Positions 1 to 10,767 of a DNA stretch of 64,000 bases are shown piece after piece. Under the pieces are notes generated by a model. It did no database searches. It saw only the letters and a program-made list of their open reading frames with translations, and was not told the origin of the DNA. Origin of the DNA: Fimicolochytrium jonesii (taxonomy: Eukaryota); the NCBI RefSeq assembly GCF_025526975.1, contig NW_026515682.1, positions 620,001 through 684,000 on the forward strand, read 5' to 3'. The stretch's first letter is position 1. Every line of letters begins with the position of its first letter. Made by a program: the position numbers and the translations under genes.

Positions 1-250
1 CAAGGTCATCAGTGGTGTGGGCAGCTTTGATCTTGTCGAGGATTGCAGAATCGAGGGGGGTGAGGAATGCAGCGGCAAGGCGGAGACGGTCTGGGGGGAG
101 ATTTGTCGTTTCCTGGGATCGGAACGCCTCTTCCCCCTCCTTTAGCTCGTATTCGGAGCGGCGAGAGAGGGCGTCAGCCTGGTGTTGCTGGGTGCCGGGT
201 CGGAAGGTAATGATGAAGTCAAAGTCGGCGAAGAGAATCAACCAGCGTGC
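1..250 (-). pseudogene. Ty3/gypsy pol fragment (end of RNase H to integrase linker), interrupted at 250 by a copia LTR
   Basis: Clearly homologous to ~48730-48970 of the gypsy element in this window (shared ...TTTAGCTCGTATTC..AGCG.CGAGAGAGGGCGTCAGC.TGGTGTTGCTGGGT...). The minus strand encodes [28 protein letters not shown]. Confidence 0.85.
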
Positions 251-859
251 TATTGACACCTTAGCTGATATAGGTGTATCTGAGAGGTCACTAAGACTGG
301 TTCGCCAATGACTGAGGGACGTAGCTGCCCAAAGGGCAGTGTTGTGATGTAGAAGACAGCAGTGTGGCAAGAGTAGTGCGATGGAAAGTAGTGTATTCAA
401 GAGGATAAAGTGAAGAGAGGGGATGGGCAACAGGTCTGCCTTTTATACGAATCTGAGGCTTCTTTCTTGGGGATTCAGCTATGTGCTGGGGCGTCCAAAG
501 CACCCTCTGAGACACCTCAGAACGCCCAAGGCGTCTCTGAGTGCCGCAGTTAACTTTGTGAAGGTTTTGCCAAGTCTGTGCAGCCTGCTGATGCCCCCAT
601 GGACGTCTGCCAAGTCGGCGGAGCCTGCGTCAGGTGCTACCGGCTTCCACAAGCTCAATAAAACCCAATCTAGCTACTACAACCCGATCACAGCTCCATA
701 CGGGCACTACTGACCGCGGTGAGCTCTAAGAACATCATGAAAGCGCAGTGCTGATGCCTGGATGTCTGGGAAACGGTCCAGACATCTTCAGAGCCTCCCA
801 AGACGCGTCCTAAGCCTTGCAGAGCCTTGTAAGTGCCGCATCTTGATGCTATCTCAATA
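251..859 (-). repeat. 3' LTR of Ty1/copia family 1 with TATTGA...TCAATA termini
   Basis: 6-bp terminal inverted repeat. On the minus strand it is preceded by a polypurine tract (GAGAGGGAG) and the copia RNase H C-terminus. 657-859 recurs at 8779-8970. Confidence 0.8.
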
Positions 860-954
860 CTCCCTCTCACTTGAAGGCTCTGCAGCCTCTAAGTGCATCG
901 CAGCTCTCAGACATGTGAAGTCTGGCATGGTGAGGGGCTTGGTGAGCACTTCAG

Positions 955-1540
955 TGTTATGGACGACGCGCCCATACCATAAGCTTACCTACTGACAGCC
1001 GCCAATGTCAACCGCCAAATGTCAAACGCCAATGTCAATGTCAATGTCAGTGTCAATGTCAGTGTCAATGTCAATGTCAATGCCACTCCCCCTCTCTCCT
1101 CTCATTTCGCCAATCCTCTTGCAATATTGCCACTCCCCCTCTCTCCTCTCATTTCGCCAATCCTCTTGCAATATTGCCACTCCTCCTCTCTCCTCTCATT
1201 TTGCCAATCCCCCCTCGGCTTCTCCACATCCCCCACTACTTCTCCATAGCCAGCAGCTGTAGCAATGCTCTCTACGCTCGCCACGCACGCTCTAGGAGCA
1301 AAGCTGGCGCCCCCCCAGTCCCCTCTGGTTGTTGTTGTTCTCTGATCTGCTGGGTTGCCTATCTATAAATAGCCGGCCTCTCTTCGTCCATTCCTTTCCT
1401 CCCCAGCAGATCAACACCAGTTCTTCTCATCTCTTGTTCTAGTCCTTGTCTCTTGTTTCGCCAATACAATCTCTTGTCGCCCATCGCTCTCGCCTTGTCT
1501 TCTCTACTTCGCTTCCGCCTCAGTCGTCGAGATCATAACA
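955..1540 (+). repeat. Family A LTR with (TGTCAA/TGTCAG)n microsatellite and TATAAATA box
   Basis: Near-identical to 54099-54725 and 59692-60317, with fewer hexamer units. Confidence 0.95.
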
Positions 1541-2326
1541 GTTTGATCTGCTCCAACACTGCGAAGTTCAGAACCCGTCAAGCCCTGCATCTGCCGACCC
1601 TTTTTCGCCATGCCCCAATCTGAATGCGTCCCTTTCACCGCTAAGCAATGAAATAATATGTGCCAAGCCATCGCCGCCTTGCAGGCCGACCTAGCCCAAG
1701 CCCAAGCCGACGCACCAGCTGCCCAGAACATTGCCCCCCAGGTTCATCCCGATGCGTAAACCCATCCCCAAGTCACCCTAGCACCCAACACCAGCTCGGC
1801 TCAACACCTCCAGTAACCCGGTCACCCTGTAACTAAACCCCATACCCCGACACACCACCTCCGACACCCTGAGACCCTCAACACTCCACCCGCTCTGTCC
1901 GTGTGGTTTCCTTGGACTTTCTCACCTCCGCATCTACTGCAACGGAAGAAGCCAACCCTCTCGTTCTTGCTCGACACCCCTGTTTTCCGGTCATCCCAAT
2001 CCAAGTCCCGCATCCCGGTCTCAGGCACGAAGATGACACCATGAAGAATCTCAGTAACCCATCACACCAATTACCCGAGGGCATGTGGGCAAACGATCAT
2101 TTCAAGGACCGTTGTCAACGTCACCCGTCTTGTCATGTTGCAGCTCAATCCATCCCCCATTCACGTTCTGTCTTCCGCACGTCCGGGTTCCCTGGCCTTC
2201 TTACCTCGCACCATTTGCAACGGCAGAAGCCAGCAACCACCTTCCTACGATCCGCAGTACCCTGTTTCCTTGGGCCACCTCACCACGCAGCAATTGCAAC
2301 GGCGGGGGCCACTCTTCCATGCTCTG

Positions 2327-2449
2327 TTTCCGCGAGGTTCCCAAAAAGGAATGCTCGCCTCTCGCCTCGGCTTTCGCGGGGTTCCCAAAAGGGAATGCTC
2401 GCCTCCTGTCTCGGTTTCCGCGGGGTTCCCAGAAGGGAATGCTCGCCTC
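2327..2449. repeat. Three tandem ~44-bp units (TT(C/T)CGCG(A/G)GGTTCCCA.AA(A/G)GGAATGCTCGCCTC)
   Basis: Directly visible; each unit has a small TTCCC-N4-GGGAA-type hairpin. Confidence 0.85.
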
Positions 2450-2739
2450 TCGGAGCAAAGCTGGCGCCCCCCCAGTCCCCTCTGGTTGTTGTTGTTCTCT
2501 GATCTGCTGGGTTGCCTATCTATAAATAGCCGGCCTCTCTTCGTCCATTCCCTTCCTCCCCAGCAGATCAACACCAGTTCTTCTCATCTCTTGTTCCAGT
2601 CCTTGTCTCTTGTTTCGCCAATACAATCTCTTGTCGCCCATCGCTCTCGCCTTGTCTTCTCTACTTCGCTTCCGCCTCAGTCGTCGAGATCATAACATTC
2701 AGCTATCATCTCCTTTGTTGGGCAGTACTGGAGGGTAAC

Positions 2740-2984
2740 ACTTAGCAGTAGTCAGCAGAGGAAGCAGATGACTGAGCGAACTCTATGTAGTGTGCAATGC
2801 TGTACTGTGAAGTATGTATTGTCTTGTGTAGAAAAGTCTAAAGTGTGAAGAGGACACGAGGTCCGAAAGGGGAAGAAAAGATAGAAGTCCCGTACGTGGA
2901 AGCGTGGCGTAAGCGGGAGGGGAGTCACGTGAGGAAATAAACTACGGGAACCCCAACCGGGAATTTGGGATGATACCTCCAACA
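2740..2984 (-). repeat. 3' LTR of copia family 2 (TGTTGG...CTAAGT)
   Basis: Homologous to 8607-8782; purine tract abuts position 2985. Confidence 0.8.
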
Positions 2985-3246
2985 CCCCCACTCAAACTCA
3001 CGAGTCTATCTAAGTGAAAGATAAATTTAAACAATGAGTACAATGGTGCGGCCGTACGCGAAAAGCAGGCGGACGTCGGGTGATTAGCCATGACTAAAAA
3101 TGAGAGAAATGAAAGAGTAAAATGAAAGACGAGGGAAACGCCGCGAGTATAAAACAAGAGACAGCTGTCAGTCGCCCCAGAGAGGTAAGACCAACGTTCC
3201 CATACTCAACTACCATATCCCAGACTACCACATGATACGCGAAACA

Positions 3247-3654
3247 ATGGCGAACGGAGGCAAGAACGGCAGGAGTGGCAAGAAGAGCGGCGACGGCAAG
3301 AAGAAGCAAACGGCCTGTAAGACGGTGACGCCCGCAGCCCCTCCAGCTGCACCTCCACCAGGACCCTCACGACCGACTACGCGCTCTACGCGCGCTTCGT
3401 CCGCAGCGTCCGCAAGCGACTCTTCGATGTCGAAAGCCCGAGTTAGAGAAGCTCTTCCATTGGCGACGCAGGTGTCGACGTTGAGGTACCGGAGGGATAA
3501 CCATGAGAACCTCGCGAAGCATCGGGCGTTTACGAAGGCGAAACTGGATCGATCGAAGCGAAAGAAGGGGTCATTCGAGGCATTGATGGAGGACGCAGAC
3601 TACCTGGGGTGTAAGGCAGTCTCGGAGTCGCGATATAAAGGAAAAGGCGCGTAA
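3247..3654 (+). CDS. Antisense, basic low-complexity ORF in the 3' region of copia family 2 (probably continued by a frameshift to ~3770)
   Basis: MANGGKNGRSGKKSG...; K/R-rich. The shifted frame continues RVTKEKMKEAKRCSDAVERRERDKMMKRLQYLRKH. Confidence 0.4.
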   Translation: MANGGKNGRSGKKSGDGKKKQTACKTVTPAAPPAAPPPGPSRPTTRSTRASSAASASDSSMSKARVREALPLATQVSTLRYRRDNHENLAKHRAFTKAKLDRSKRKKGSFEALMEDADYLGCKAVSESRYKGKGA

Positions 3655-3956
3655 CGAAGGAGAAGATGAAAGAGGCGAAGCGCTGCAGTGATGCGGTCGA
3701 GAGACGGGAGCGAGACAAGATGATGAAGCGACTCCAGTACTTGCGAAAGCACATGGATGATTCGTCTTGAAGTGAGGATGGAGACGGTGACGGAAACGGC
3801 GGGGAAGGTGGTCCAGGGGGTCCGCCTGGTAGAGGCGGAGCCGGAGCCGGTATGCCCTCGGTGCCGGGGCAGCGACAGCTATCACGGTGGCGGGTTAAGG
3901 TGCCGAAGTCGTATGTAGTGCCCAGATGCCGTTCCGGTATGGGTGTTCCGTATGTC

Positions 3957-6810
3957 TCATTCGGACGTAGTCGTCGCCGGCTGTCCATTGCTAGCGACAT
4001 GTCCTTCTTGAATCGCTTGAATAAATTTCATAGGTGTCTCGGGAGGAAAGGGCTTTGTAAAGTAATCTGCTAGTTGTTCCTGCGTCGCGGTGTCGAGGAG
4101 TACGGCGTCTTTCTTTGCCACGCTGTGGCGTAGCTTGTGGTAGCGTACGTCAATGTGTTTGGAGCGTTGAGTAATAGCCGTGGAGTTGGCAATCTCGCGG
4201 GCGCTCTGATTGTCGATGTGGAGTGGCGTGGGGTCCTTGATGTTGTCGTATTCGTTGCCGAAGAACTCCGCGATGATTGAGCGGGGCCAGATGGCCTGCT
4301 TGTGACCGAGGGCTGCGGCGATATACCCAGCTTCCGTGGAACTGAGAGCTACGCACATCTGCTTGGTGCTTTTCCAGTAGATAAGCTGGCCGTTGAAGAA
4401 GCTGGCGATGCCTGCGGTAGATTTGCGGTCGTTGACATCGTCTGCATAGGATGCGTCTGTATAGACGCGAAGTCCAGCTTAATCTGAATGACCGGACTTG
4501 TAGGTAAGCTCGAAGGTGCGGGTACCTTTCAGGTAGCGCATGATGCGAAGTACGTCATTCCAGTCGGCTTGGGTAGGAGCTGAGACCTGACGTGCGACGA
4601 AGCCGACGGCAGTTGAAATATCGCAGTGCCAGGTAATGGATCCCATGTGAGGGCCCCCACTGCTTCCTGGTAGAGAAGCTTGCTATAAAAAGGAGGGCAT
4701 GCGGAGGCTGATCGGGTACGCGCAGAGACGGCGCACGGCGTAGGTATACCCAGTCTGCGCGCGGCTTGTGCAGATCTTCGTAGCCTTGAAATTGTTCAAC
4801 ATAGACAGGTCCGTCGATATCCCTGCGTAAGAACGCGTTGGGGACGTCGAGTTGATGGATTTCCATATCAAGAGAGACGGCAATGGAGAGGAAAAGGCGA
4901 AGAACTGACATGGGTTGGGTTCGGGTGTAGGTGTCGTTATAATCAATACCCTTGGACTGACAAAAACCTTGAACTACACCACGTCCCTTGAATTTCTTGA
5001 AAGTACCGTCCGGATTGAAGATTTGACAAAGTACCCAAGTACTACCGAGTACGCGCCGATTTTGCGGACGGCGTACGAGCTCCCAAGTCCCGTTATCAAC
5101 TATGGCTTGGAACTCTTTATCAGCTGCGAGCTTGAAGTCAGCTGATTGAGGGGAGGCCATTGCTTGTCGCCAGGTCATAGTGACGGATTGAGGCGTGTCT
5201 TTGGTACGCGCGTTGAAGGCGTTCGAGAGGGCTTCAATGGTTCGGGCGTTGAAAGCATCTGGACAAGACTCCCAGATATCCAACGCTTCACTCTCAATGA
5301 GATCAGAACGTGGTTGCCAGGTAGGGGTGGTAAAACCAAACCACTTGATGGAGTATTCCTTTTGGACGTTCTTGTCGCGGCGTTGACGTTCGGAGAGGAT
5401 GTGTTCGATATGGAACTCCTCTTGCGAGGTGGGAGCATCTTCTAGAAGATCTAGGAGAGCAGGATCTTGACGAAGGCGCTCAGGGAGTCCAGTGGATTCG
5501 TCGAAACGAACGTCACGTGAGACGGCGACAGTGTTGTGAACTGGATCCCAGACATAGTAACCTTTGGTGCCTTGTTGGTGAGCATAGCCCACTAGGTACA
5601 CCTTGTTAGCACGATTTGCCATCTTGTCCCGGCCCTTGGGTGGAACAACAGTGTACGTGAGACATCCGAGCTTGCGCAGATGCGCGATGCTTGGGCGGCG
5701 ACCGGTAAGGAATTCGGAGCGCGATTTAGCGTCCGGGGATGCAACTGAATGCGGATAGAGGTTGTGCAGGTAAGAGACAGCCTCCAGGATGTACGGCCAG
5801 AGCTTGCGGGGAAGGTGAGTGTCCGCGAAGATGGCGCGTACGCGGTCCAGCAACGTCCGATTGAGGCGCTCTGCTTTTCCGTTTTGTTGACTAGAATAGG
5901 CGACAGTAGACTCATGGGTAATCCCATTGTCGTGTAGGTACGACGTGAGCTCGCCAGTGTATTCTCCTACCCTATCCGTATGTAGGTTCTTGAGGGAGAC
6001 GCCAGTTTGATTCTTGAGCCACTTATGAAAGATCATAAACCTTGCGGTAATAGTGGATGCCTCCTTGTCCTTGATGGAGTAGGTACGGGCGAAATCGGAG
6101 CCATCGTCGAGGAACGCGAGACTGTAGCGCTCTCCGTCGATGCCGTGGATCCGAAATGGACCTTGTAAATCGCTGTGAATCAGCTCGCCGGGTTTGTGTG
6201 GTGGGGATGTCAATTTAGGGAAGGTAAGGCGGGTAGCTTTGTCGAGAGCGCATGGATCGCAGCGTGCGCCGGAGTCCGGCGTAGCCCCCACTGGAGGCCA
6301 ATCCTCTACTATCTTAGGCATAACCGGGAAAATGTGGTTTCCAGGGTGTCAAAGACGTTGATGCAGAAGTTGGGGGGTTATGGAAGCGACCAGTGCATGT
6401 GCACTGGGCTTGTAGGTAGTAACCCGTTCTTCTAAATAGTACGCGTCGCCTTCGCGCATCCCCATCGCAAGTAAATGTCGGTCGGTATTGAACGTCACGA
6501 CGTTTGTGGGGTGAAAGGAGACGGTAACGCCGTTATCAGTGCATTTAGCAACAGATATAAGCGGCTGGGCAAGACTAGGAACCAAGAGAACATCGCGAAG
6601 AGCGAGAACGTTGCCGCCGGACGTAGGTTGGATAAGTACGGTACCCTTCTTTTGAGAGGTAATGGTAGTCGAATCCGCGAGTCCAATAAGGCGTTAGTAG
6701 TCTTGAAGAGAAGATGGATCCAGATCCTCGATATAGGGGGTCATATGATTCGTACAACCGGAATCCACGTTCGCCTTGAAGAGGCGGATGTCGTGGTTGG
6801 CTGGTTGGAC
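3957..6810 (-). pseudogene. Copia pol: protease, GAG-pre-integrase, integrase, chromodomain, partial RT, RNase H
   Basis: VDSGCTNHM (protease); LHQRL*HPG; HSDLQGP / FLDDGS / LHTDRVGEY / NGKAERLNRTL (IN); VSRDVRFDE; QLDVPNAFL (RT); YTDASYADD..RKST and RSKHIDVRYH (RH). In-frame stops present and the RT core is missing. Confidence 0.9.
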
Positions 6811-8517
6811 TCAAACGTGCATGGCATAAGCCATGGAGGCTGCAGCGGGTGCGTCCTGCTTGGTTTTCATGTTCTTGTCCATGATATCCTTGACAGCTTT
6901 GTAAGTAAAGCAGTTTTCCGACTTGTGGCCGTCCCTCTGGCAGTATTTGCACTGGGGAGGCTTCTTGGTTGCGTCAGAAGACGAGGATTGGGTAGAGGAG
7001 GAGCCTCTAGAGTCGCCAGTCTTGGGTTTGTTCTTCTTCTTCTGAGGTAGAGCGGAAGTAAGGTGGGCAGCGGATGCGCCCGACTGAGGCGTACTCGGGG
7101 TCTTCTTGTTGAGCTGGGCGGCTATACGAATCGCGGCTTCTTGAGAAGGGCTAAGTCTATCGTCGTACTGAGCCTGAGCAGTGATCAGGGTACTAAGATT
7201 CTTGGGAAGGGCTTGAAGGAAGTCGGCACAAAGCACGTATTCCGGGAGCCCGGGGAGTTGTCCAGCCAAAAGGTTGAACTGGGCGACGAATTTGGTTAAA
7301 CCTTGATGGTTAATTGACTTGGGCTTCAGAGCGCGCAGTCTGTGAAGAACTTGCGGCAGACGAGTCCAGGGAATGAAGCGCCTCAACATCGCGGAGCGTA
7401 ATCCGAGTCGCGGGGGCAGTCCATGGACGTCTTGAATATCGTGCCAGGAAATTATGGAGAAGCGCTCGTTTTCAGGAAGGCTTTTCCACCACTGGAGAGC
7501 TGGTCCAGTGAGCGCGTTGACGACGAAGTCTACGCATCCGGAAGGCGAAATCATCTGGTACTTCATAATCACGTCGATGTGATCAAGGAACCCTTGAAGC
7601 TTGGTAACATTGGAGTCGCCGTTGTAGGTGCCGAGTTTACTAAGGGTAGTGTTGATGAAGACTTTGGAAGCTGATTTGCCGGCCGTAGGGGGTGTTGCGG
7701 GAGTAGCAGATCTCACAGATGCACTTTCATGTGGAATTTCAGCGAAAGGAGGGCTTTGAGAACGGGTTTGAAAGTATGGATGCCGTTCCGGGGCTTTGTA
7801 AGCGTATGGGACGGAGCAGGCCATAGCGCGCTGAGGAGGCGCATGGGGTGCCGGCAACACAGAGGTCATATATGGCACGTTTGCCTGGATAGGGCTAGTC
7901 GAATACTGAGAGCGAGTGCTGTTCACAGGCGACTGAGCAAGCGGGTTCACGGAGGGGACGGGAGGTCTGCCTTGTTGTGGCGCTCGGCCCGAATTCAAGA
8001 ACGAGGTAACCAATCCAGTCAGAGTGGCTATTTGATCCTTCATTTGAAGCATCTCCTCTTTCTGCTTGACAGGCATAGGTTCTTCCTGAATGGAATCCAT
8101 CAGGAAGGGGTCCGTTCCGGTATGTCCGCGTGATTCAGGCGCATCCACATATGGCGTGGTTGCGTCTTCCCATTCTGGGATAGTAGCAGAAAGATCCTCC
8201 TTGCTCTTCTTCTCATCCACAAATTCACCAGGCATTTTGTAAGGCGGGGTAGGTGTTGGTTCACTGCGTAAATTGGCATGACGGGCTACGCCTTGATTAA
8301 GCGGAGTACGTGAGTCAATGCCAGAGCGCTGATTAATAGATTCAGAACTCTTAACAGGGGGTTGTTGAACTTTCTTTCCTCCTCCTCTAGTAGCCGCAGG
8401 TAGGGGGTCCAGGAGAGCTCCTCCATGGGACCGCGTGTGGTGAGCGGAGGGCTTGCCGGCTGTCACTGCAGCTGCATAGCCCTTCTGAGGTTGGGTTGTT
8501 GAATCCTTAGGTGGCAT
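6811..8517 (-). CDS. Gag of copia family 2 (568 aa) with CCHC zinc knuckle
   Basis: CKYCQRDGHKSENC; capsid-like LTGPALQWW; starts ~80 nt after the PBS; same frame as the protease. Confidence 0.88.
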   Translation of the reverse strand: MPPKDSTTQPQKGYAAAVTAGKPSAHHTRSHGGALLDPLPAATRGGGKKVQQPPVKSSESINQRSGIDSRTPLNQGVARHANLRSEPTPTPPYKMPGEFVDEKKSKEDLSATIPEWEDATTPYVDAPESRGHTGTDPFLMDSIQEEPMPVKQKEEMLQMKDQIATLTGLVTSFLNSGRAPQQGRPPVPSVNPLAQSPVNSTRSQYSTSPIQANVPYMTSVLPAPHAPPQRAMACSVPYAYKAPERHPYFQTRSQSPPFAEIPHESASVRSATPATPPTAGKSASKVFINTTLSKLGTYNGDSNVTKLQGFLDHIDVIMKYQMISPSGCVDFVVNALTGPALQWWKSLPENERFSIISWHDIQDVHGLPPRLGLRSAMLRRFIPWTRLPQVLHRLRALKPKSINHQGLTKFVAQFNLLAGQLPGLPEYVLCADFLQALPKNLSTLITAQAQYDDRLSPSQEAAIRIAAQLNKKTPSTPQSGASAAHLTSALPQKKKNKPKTGDSRGSSSTQSSSSDATKKPPQCKYCQRDGHKSENCFTYKAVKDIMDKNMKTKQDAPAAASMAYAMHV

Positions 8518-8594
8518 GGTGCTTTCTAAGAGAGCAGTGACTGGAGACCGTGAGTTCTTTATCCTGGAACGTCCGCTAGCTGCGGGCGAAGCCA

Positions 8595-8606
8595 GGGCTC
8601 ATAACC
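8595..8606 (-). promoter_or_regulatory. Primer-binding site of copia family 2
   Basis: GGTTATGAGCCC directly after the LTR; typical of copia elements primed by an internal fragment of initiator tRNA-Met. Confidence 0.8.
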
Positions 8607-8782
8607 ACTTAGCAGTAATCGGCAGAGGAAGCAGATGACTGAGCAAACTCTATGTATGGTGAGATGTAATACAGAGAAGTCTTTTGTAGAAAAGAGGACG
8701 CGAGGTCCGAAAGGGAAGAAAAGAGTGAAGTTCCGTATGCGCAAGCGTGGCGTAAGCGGGAGGGAAGGCACGTGAGGAAATA
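8607..8782 (-). repeat. Truncated 5' LTR of copia family 2, fused to a family 1 LTR at AATAAA microhomology
   Basis: Matches 2740-2941, then switches to sequence matching 657 onward. Confidence 0.8.
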
Positions 8783-10453
8783 AAACCCAATCTAGCTACT
8801 GCAACCCGATCACAACTCCAAACGGGCACTACTGACCGCCGTGAGCTCTAAGAACATGATGAAAGCGCGGTGCTGACGCCTGGATGTCGGGGAAACGGTC
8901 CAGACATCTTCAGACGCGTCCTAAGTCTTGCAGAGCCTTCCAAGTGCCGCATCTTGATGCTATCTCAATACTCCCTCTCATTTGAAGGCTCTGCAGCCTC
9001 TAAGTGCATCGCAACTCTCAGACGTGTGAAGTCTGGCATGGGGAGGGGCTTGGTGAGCGCATCAGCTATCATCTCCTTTGTTGGGCAGTACTGGAGGGTA
9101 ACTGTCTTGTGTGCGACCTGTTCACGAATGAAGTGGTATCGGATGTCGATGTGCTTGGTTCGTGCATGGTGAACTGGGTTTGTGGCAAGGGCCATAGCTC
9201 CTTGGTTGTCCTCCCAGATGACTGTGGGGCATTGGACGAGTCCTGCCTTGTCTTGGTGCATGCTCAGTTCTCTGAGTAGAGATCTAAGCCACATGGCTTC
9301 TTTACAGGCGTCTGTAAGTGCCATGTATTCGCCTTTGGTGGAGGAGAGTGCTGTAGTGCGTTGTTTTCCTGATTTCCAGCTTACTGGACCGCCGAAGGTG
9401 AAGAGGTATCCTGTGGTCGATTTTCGAGTGTCTGGGCAGCCTCCCCAGTCTGAGTCTGACCATCCCACGAGTTTGGGGGTTCCTTGGACGGCTGCCAGTC
9501 AAAGTTGGTAGTGTTTGGTCGTCTTGAGATACGCCAGAATGCGTTTGGCAGCTTTCTAATGTCCTTTGCCTGGATTGGCTAAGAACTGGTTCGCAGCTCC
9601 AACTCCTTGGGCTATGTCTGGTCTTGTGCCGATCATTGCGTAGATCAGACTGCCTACAATGGCTTGATAGGGCTTGTTCTGCATCTCTGCAGTCTCTTCA
9701 GGCGTCTGAGGTGCCATTTCCTTGGTGAGAGGGCTTCCCACGACGCTGGGAGTTGATACAGGCTTGCAATCGGTCATCCCATATGTTTCAAGGCATTTTT
9801 GGATGTACCCAGTCTGGTTGAGCGTCAGGAGTCGTTTGGCTTGGTCTCGAGTGACTAGGAGACCCAGAAAGTACTGCAGGGCACCTAGGTCACGCATTTT
9901 GTACGCCTTCTGAAGTTCTTTGGCCTTGAAGCTGTCAAGACCGAGTCTCTTGTTGCTCATAAGTATGAGATCGTCCACATAGAGAATCAGGATGAGTAGT
10001 CAGCCCTCAAAGAACCTGATATAGACGGAATGGTCTGAATCAAGACGAGTGAAGCCTTTCTCAACAAGAGTGCCGTGGATTTTGATGTTCCATTCCCTGG
10101 GGACTTGTTTAAGACCATAGAGAGTCTTCTTGAGTTTAAGCACGAGATGCTCTTCTCCTGGCTTGATGTAGCCCGGTGGCTGCTTCATATAGATCTCCTC
10201 ACTGAGTGTCGGGTTCAGGAATGCGGTGGACACATCCATTTGGTCCATTTCGAGGTCCTGAGCTGCTCCCCACAACAGGAGTAGCCGAATGGTGTCGAAC
10301 TTGGCCACCAGTGCGAATGTTTCGTTGTAGTCAACTCCCTCTCCTTGTGAGAACCCTTGGGCGACTATTCCGGCCTTGTAGCGTTTGATACCGCGATCAG
10401 CATTCGTCTTGATCTTGTGAATCCACTTGCATCCGACAAGGTTGCGATCTTTG
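8779..10453 (-). mobile_element. Second copia family 1 fragment: RT-RNase H pseudogene (8965-10453) plus partial 3' LTR (8779-8970)
   Basis: QMDVSTAFLN, LKKTLYGLKQ, YVDDLIL, WSDSDWGG..DTRKST, RTKHIDIRYHF; broken by frameshifts and stops. Confidence 0.92.
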
Positions 10454-10728
10454 TGTCGGGGAGATCTCATCTTCACTTGGATTTCATATTATATTTCTTT
10501 TCTTCTACTTGATCCGAGACCTGGGCTGGCCACCCGAGCTCTCGGTGATACATTACATAAGGCGCCAAGCCTCACTGAAGCCACGCAAGCCCCACTGGCA
10601 GCCCATATATAAAGCTGTCAGTCGAGCGGCCGCTGCGAAGAACTTCTTACTTTTTTCTTCACTACAATACACTGCTCTCAGCCCTCTCGGAAGGGCCCAA
10701 TATCGTCTACGTTTCCTCTGACATTACA
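10454..10728 (+). repeat. 5' LTR of gypsy family B
   Basis: Direct repeat of 16061-16335 with several substitutions. Confidence 0.92.
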
Positions 10729-10740
10729 TGGTAGCACCAC
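10729..10740 (+). promoter_or_regulatory. PBS (TGGTAGCACCAC), probably complementary to the 3' end of initiator tRNA-Met
   Basis: Starts with TGG immediately after the LTR; resembles the TGGTAGCGCC PBS of Ty1/Ty3. Confidence 0.7.
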
Positions 10741-10767
10741 CTACCGCTAGCATCACCAAGACATTCC

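Larger units (their letters stand above)
955..2697 (+). mobile_element. Internally deleted Ty3/gypsy element, family A
   Basis: Termini TGTTAT...ATAACA; TSD TTCAG at 950-954 and 2698-2702. Full 5' LTR 955-1540, decayed gag start (~1610) and protease remnant (~2040-2240), and only the distal half of the 3' LTR (~2452-2697). The LTR matches 54099-54725. Confidence 0.9.
860..2739 (-). pseudogene. Copia family 1 RNase H 3' end (860-954 and 2703-2739), split by a gypsy insertion
   Basis: Both pieces match 8971-9102 colinearly once 955-2697 and one TSD copy are removed. Confidence 0.8.
2740..8782 (-). mobile_element. Ty1/copia family 2 element, near full length and decayed, carrying a chromodomain
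   Basis: Order gag-PR-IN-RT-RH. 3' LTR 2740-2984 preceded by PPT GAGTGGGGG; truncated 5' LTR 8607-8782; PBS GGTTATGAGCCC. Confidence 0.92.

Noticed and set aside
1005..1262. ORFs MSMSMSVS / NVNVNV (also at 54149-54448 and 59742-60122)
   Set aside because: Translations of the LTR hexamer microsatellite, not genes.
2327..2449. Hairpin-containing repeats as a CRISPR array
   Set aside because: Only three units, with ~9-nt similar linkers rather than unique spacers; eukaryotic context and no cas genes.
6811..6813. Programmed stop-codon readthrough between copia gag and protease
   Set aside because: The TGA is in frame but lacks a CARYYA-type context, and the element has other decay stops (e.g. 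HQRL*H). A point mutation is simpler; other copies are needed to decide.
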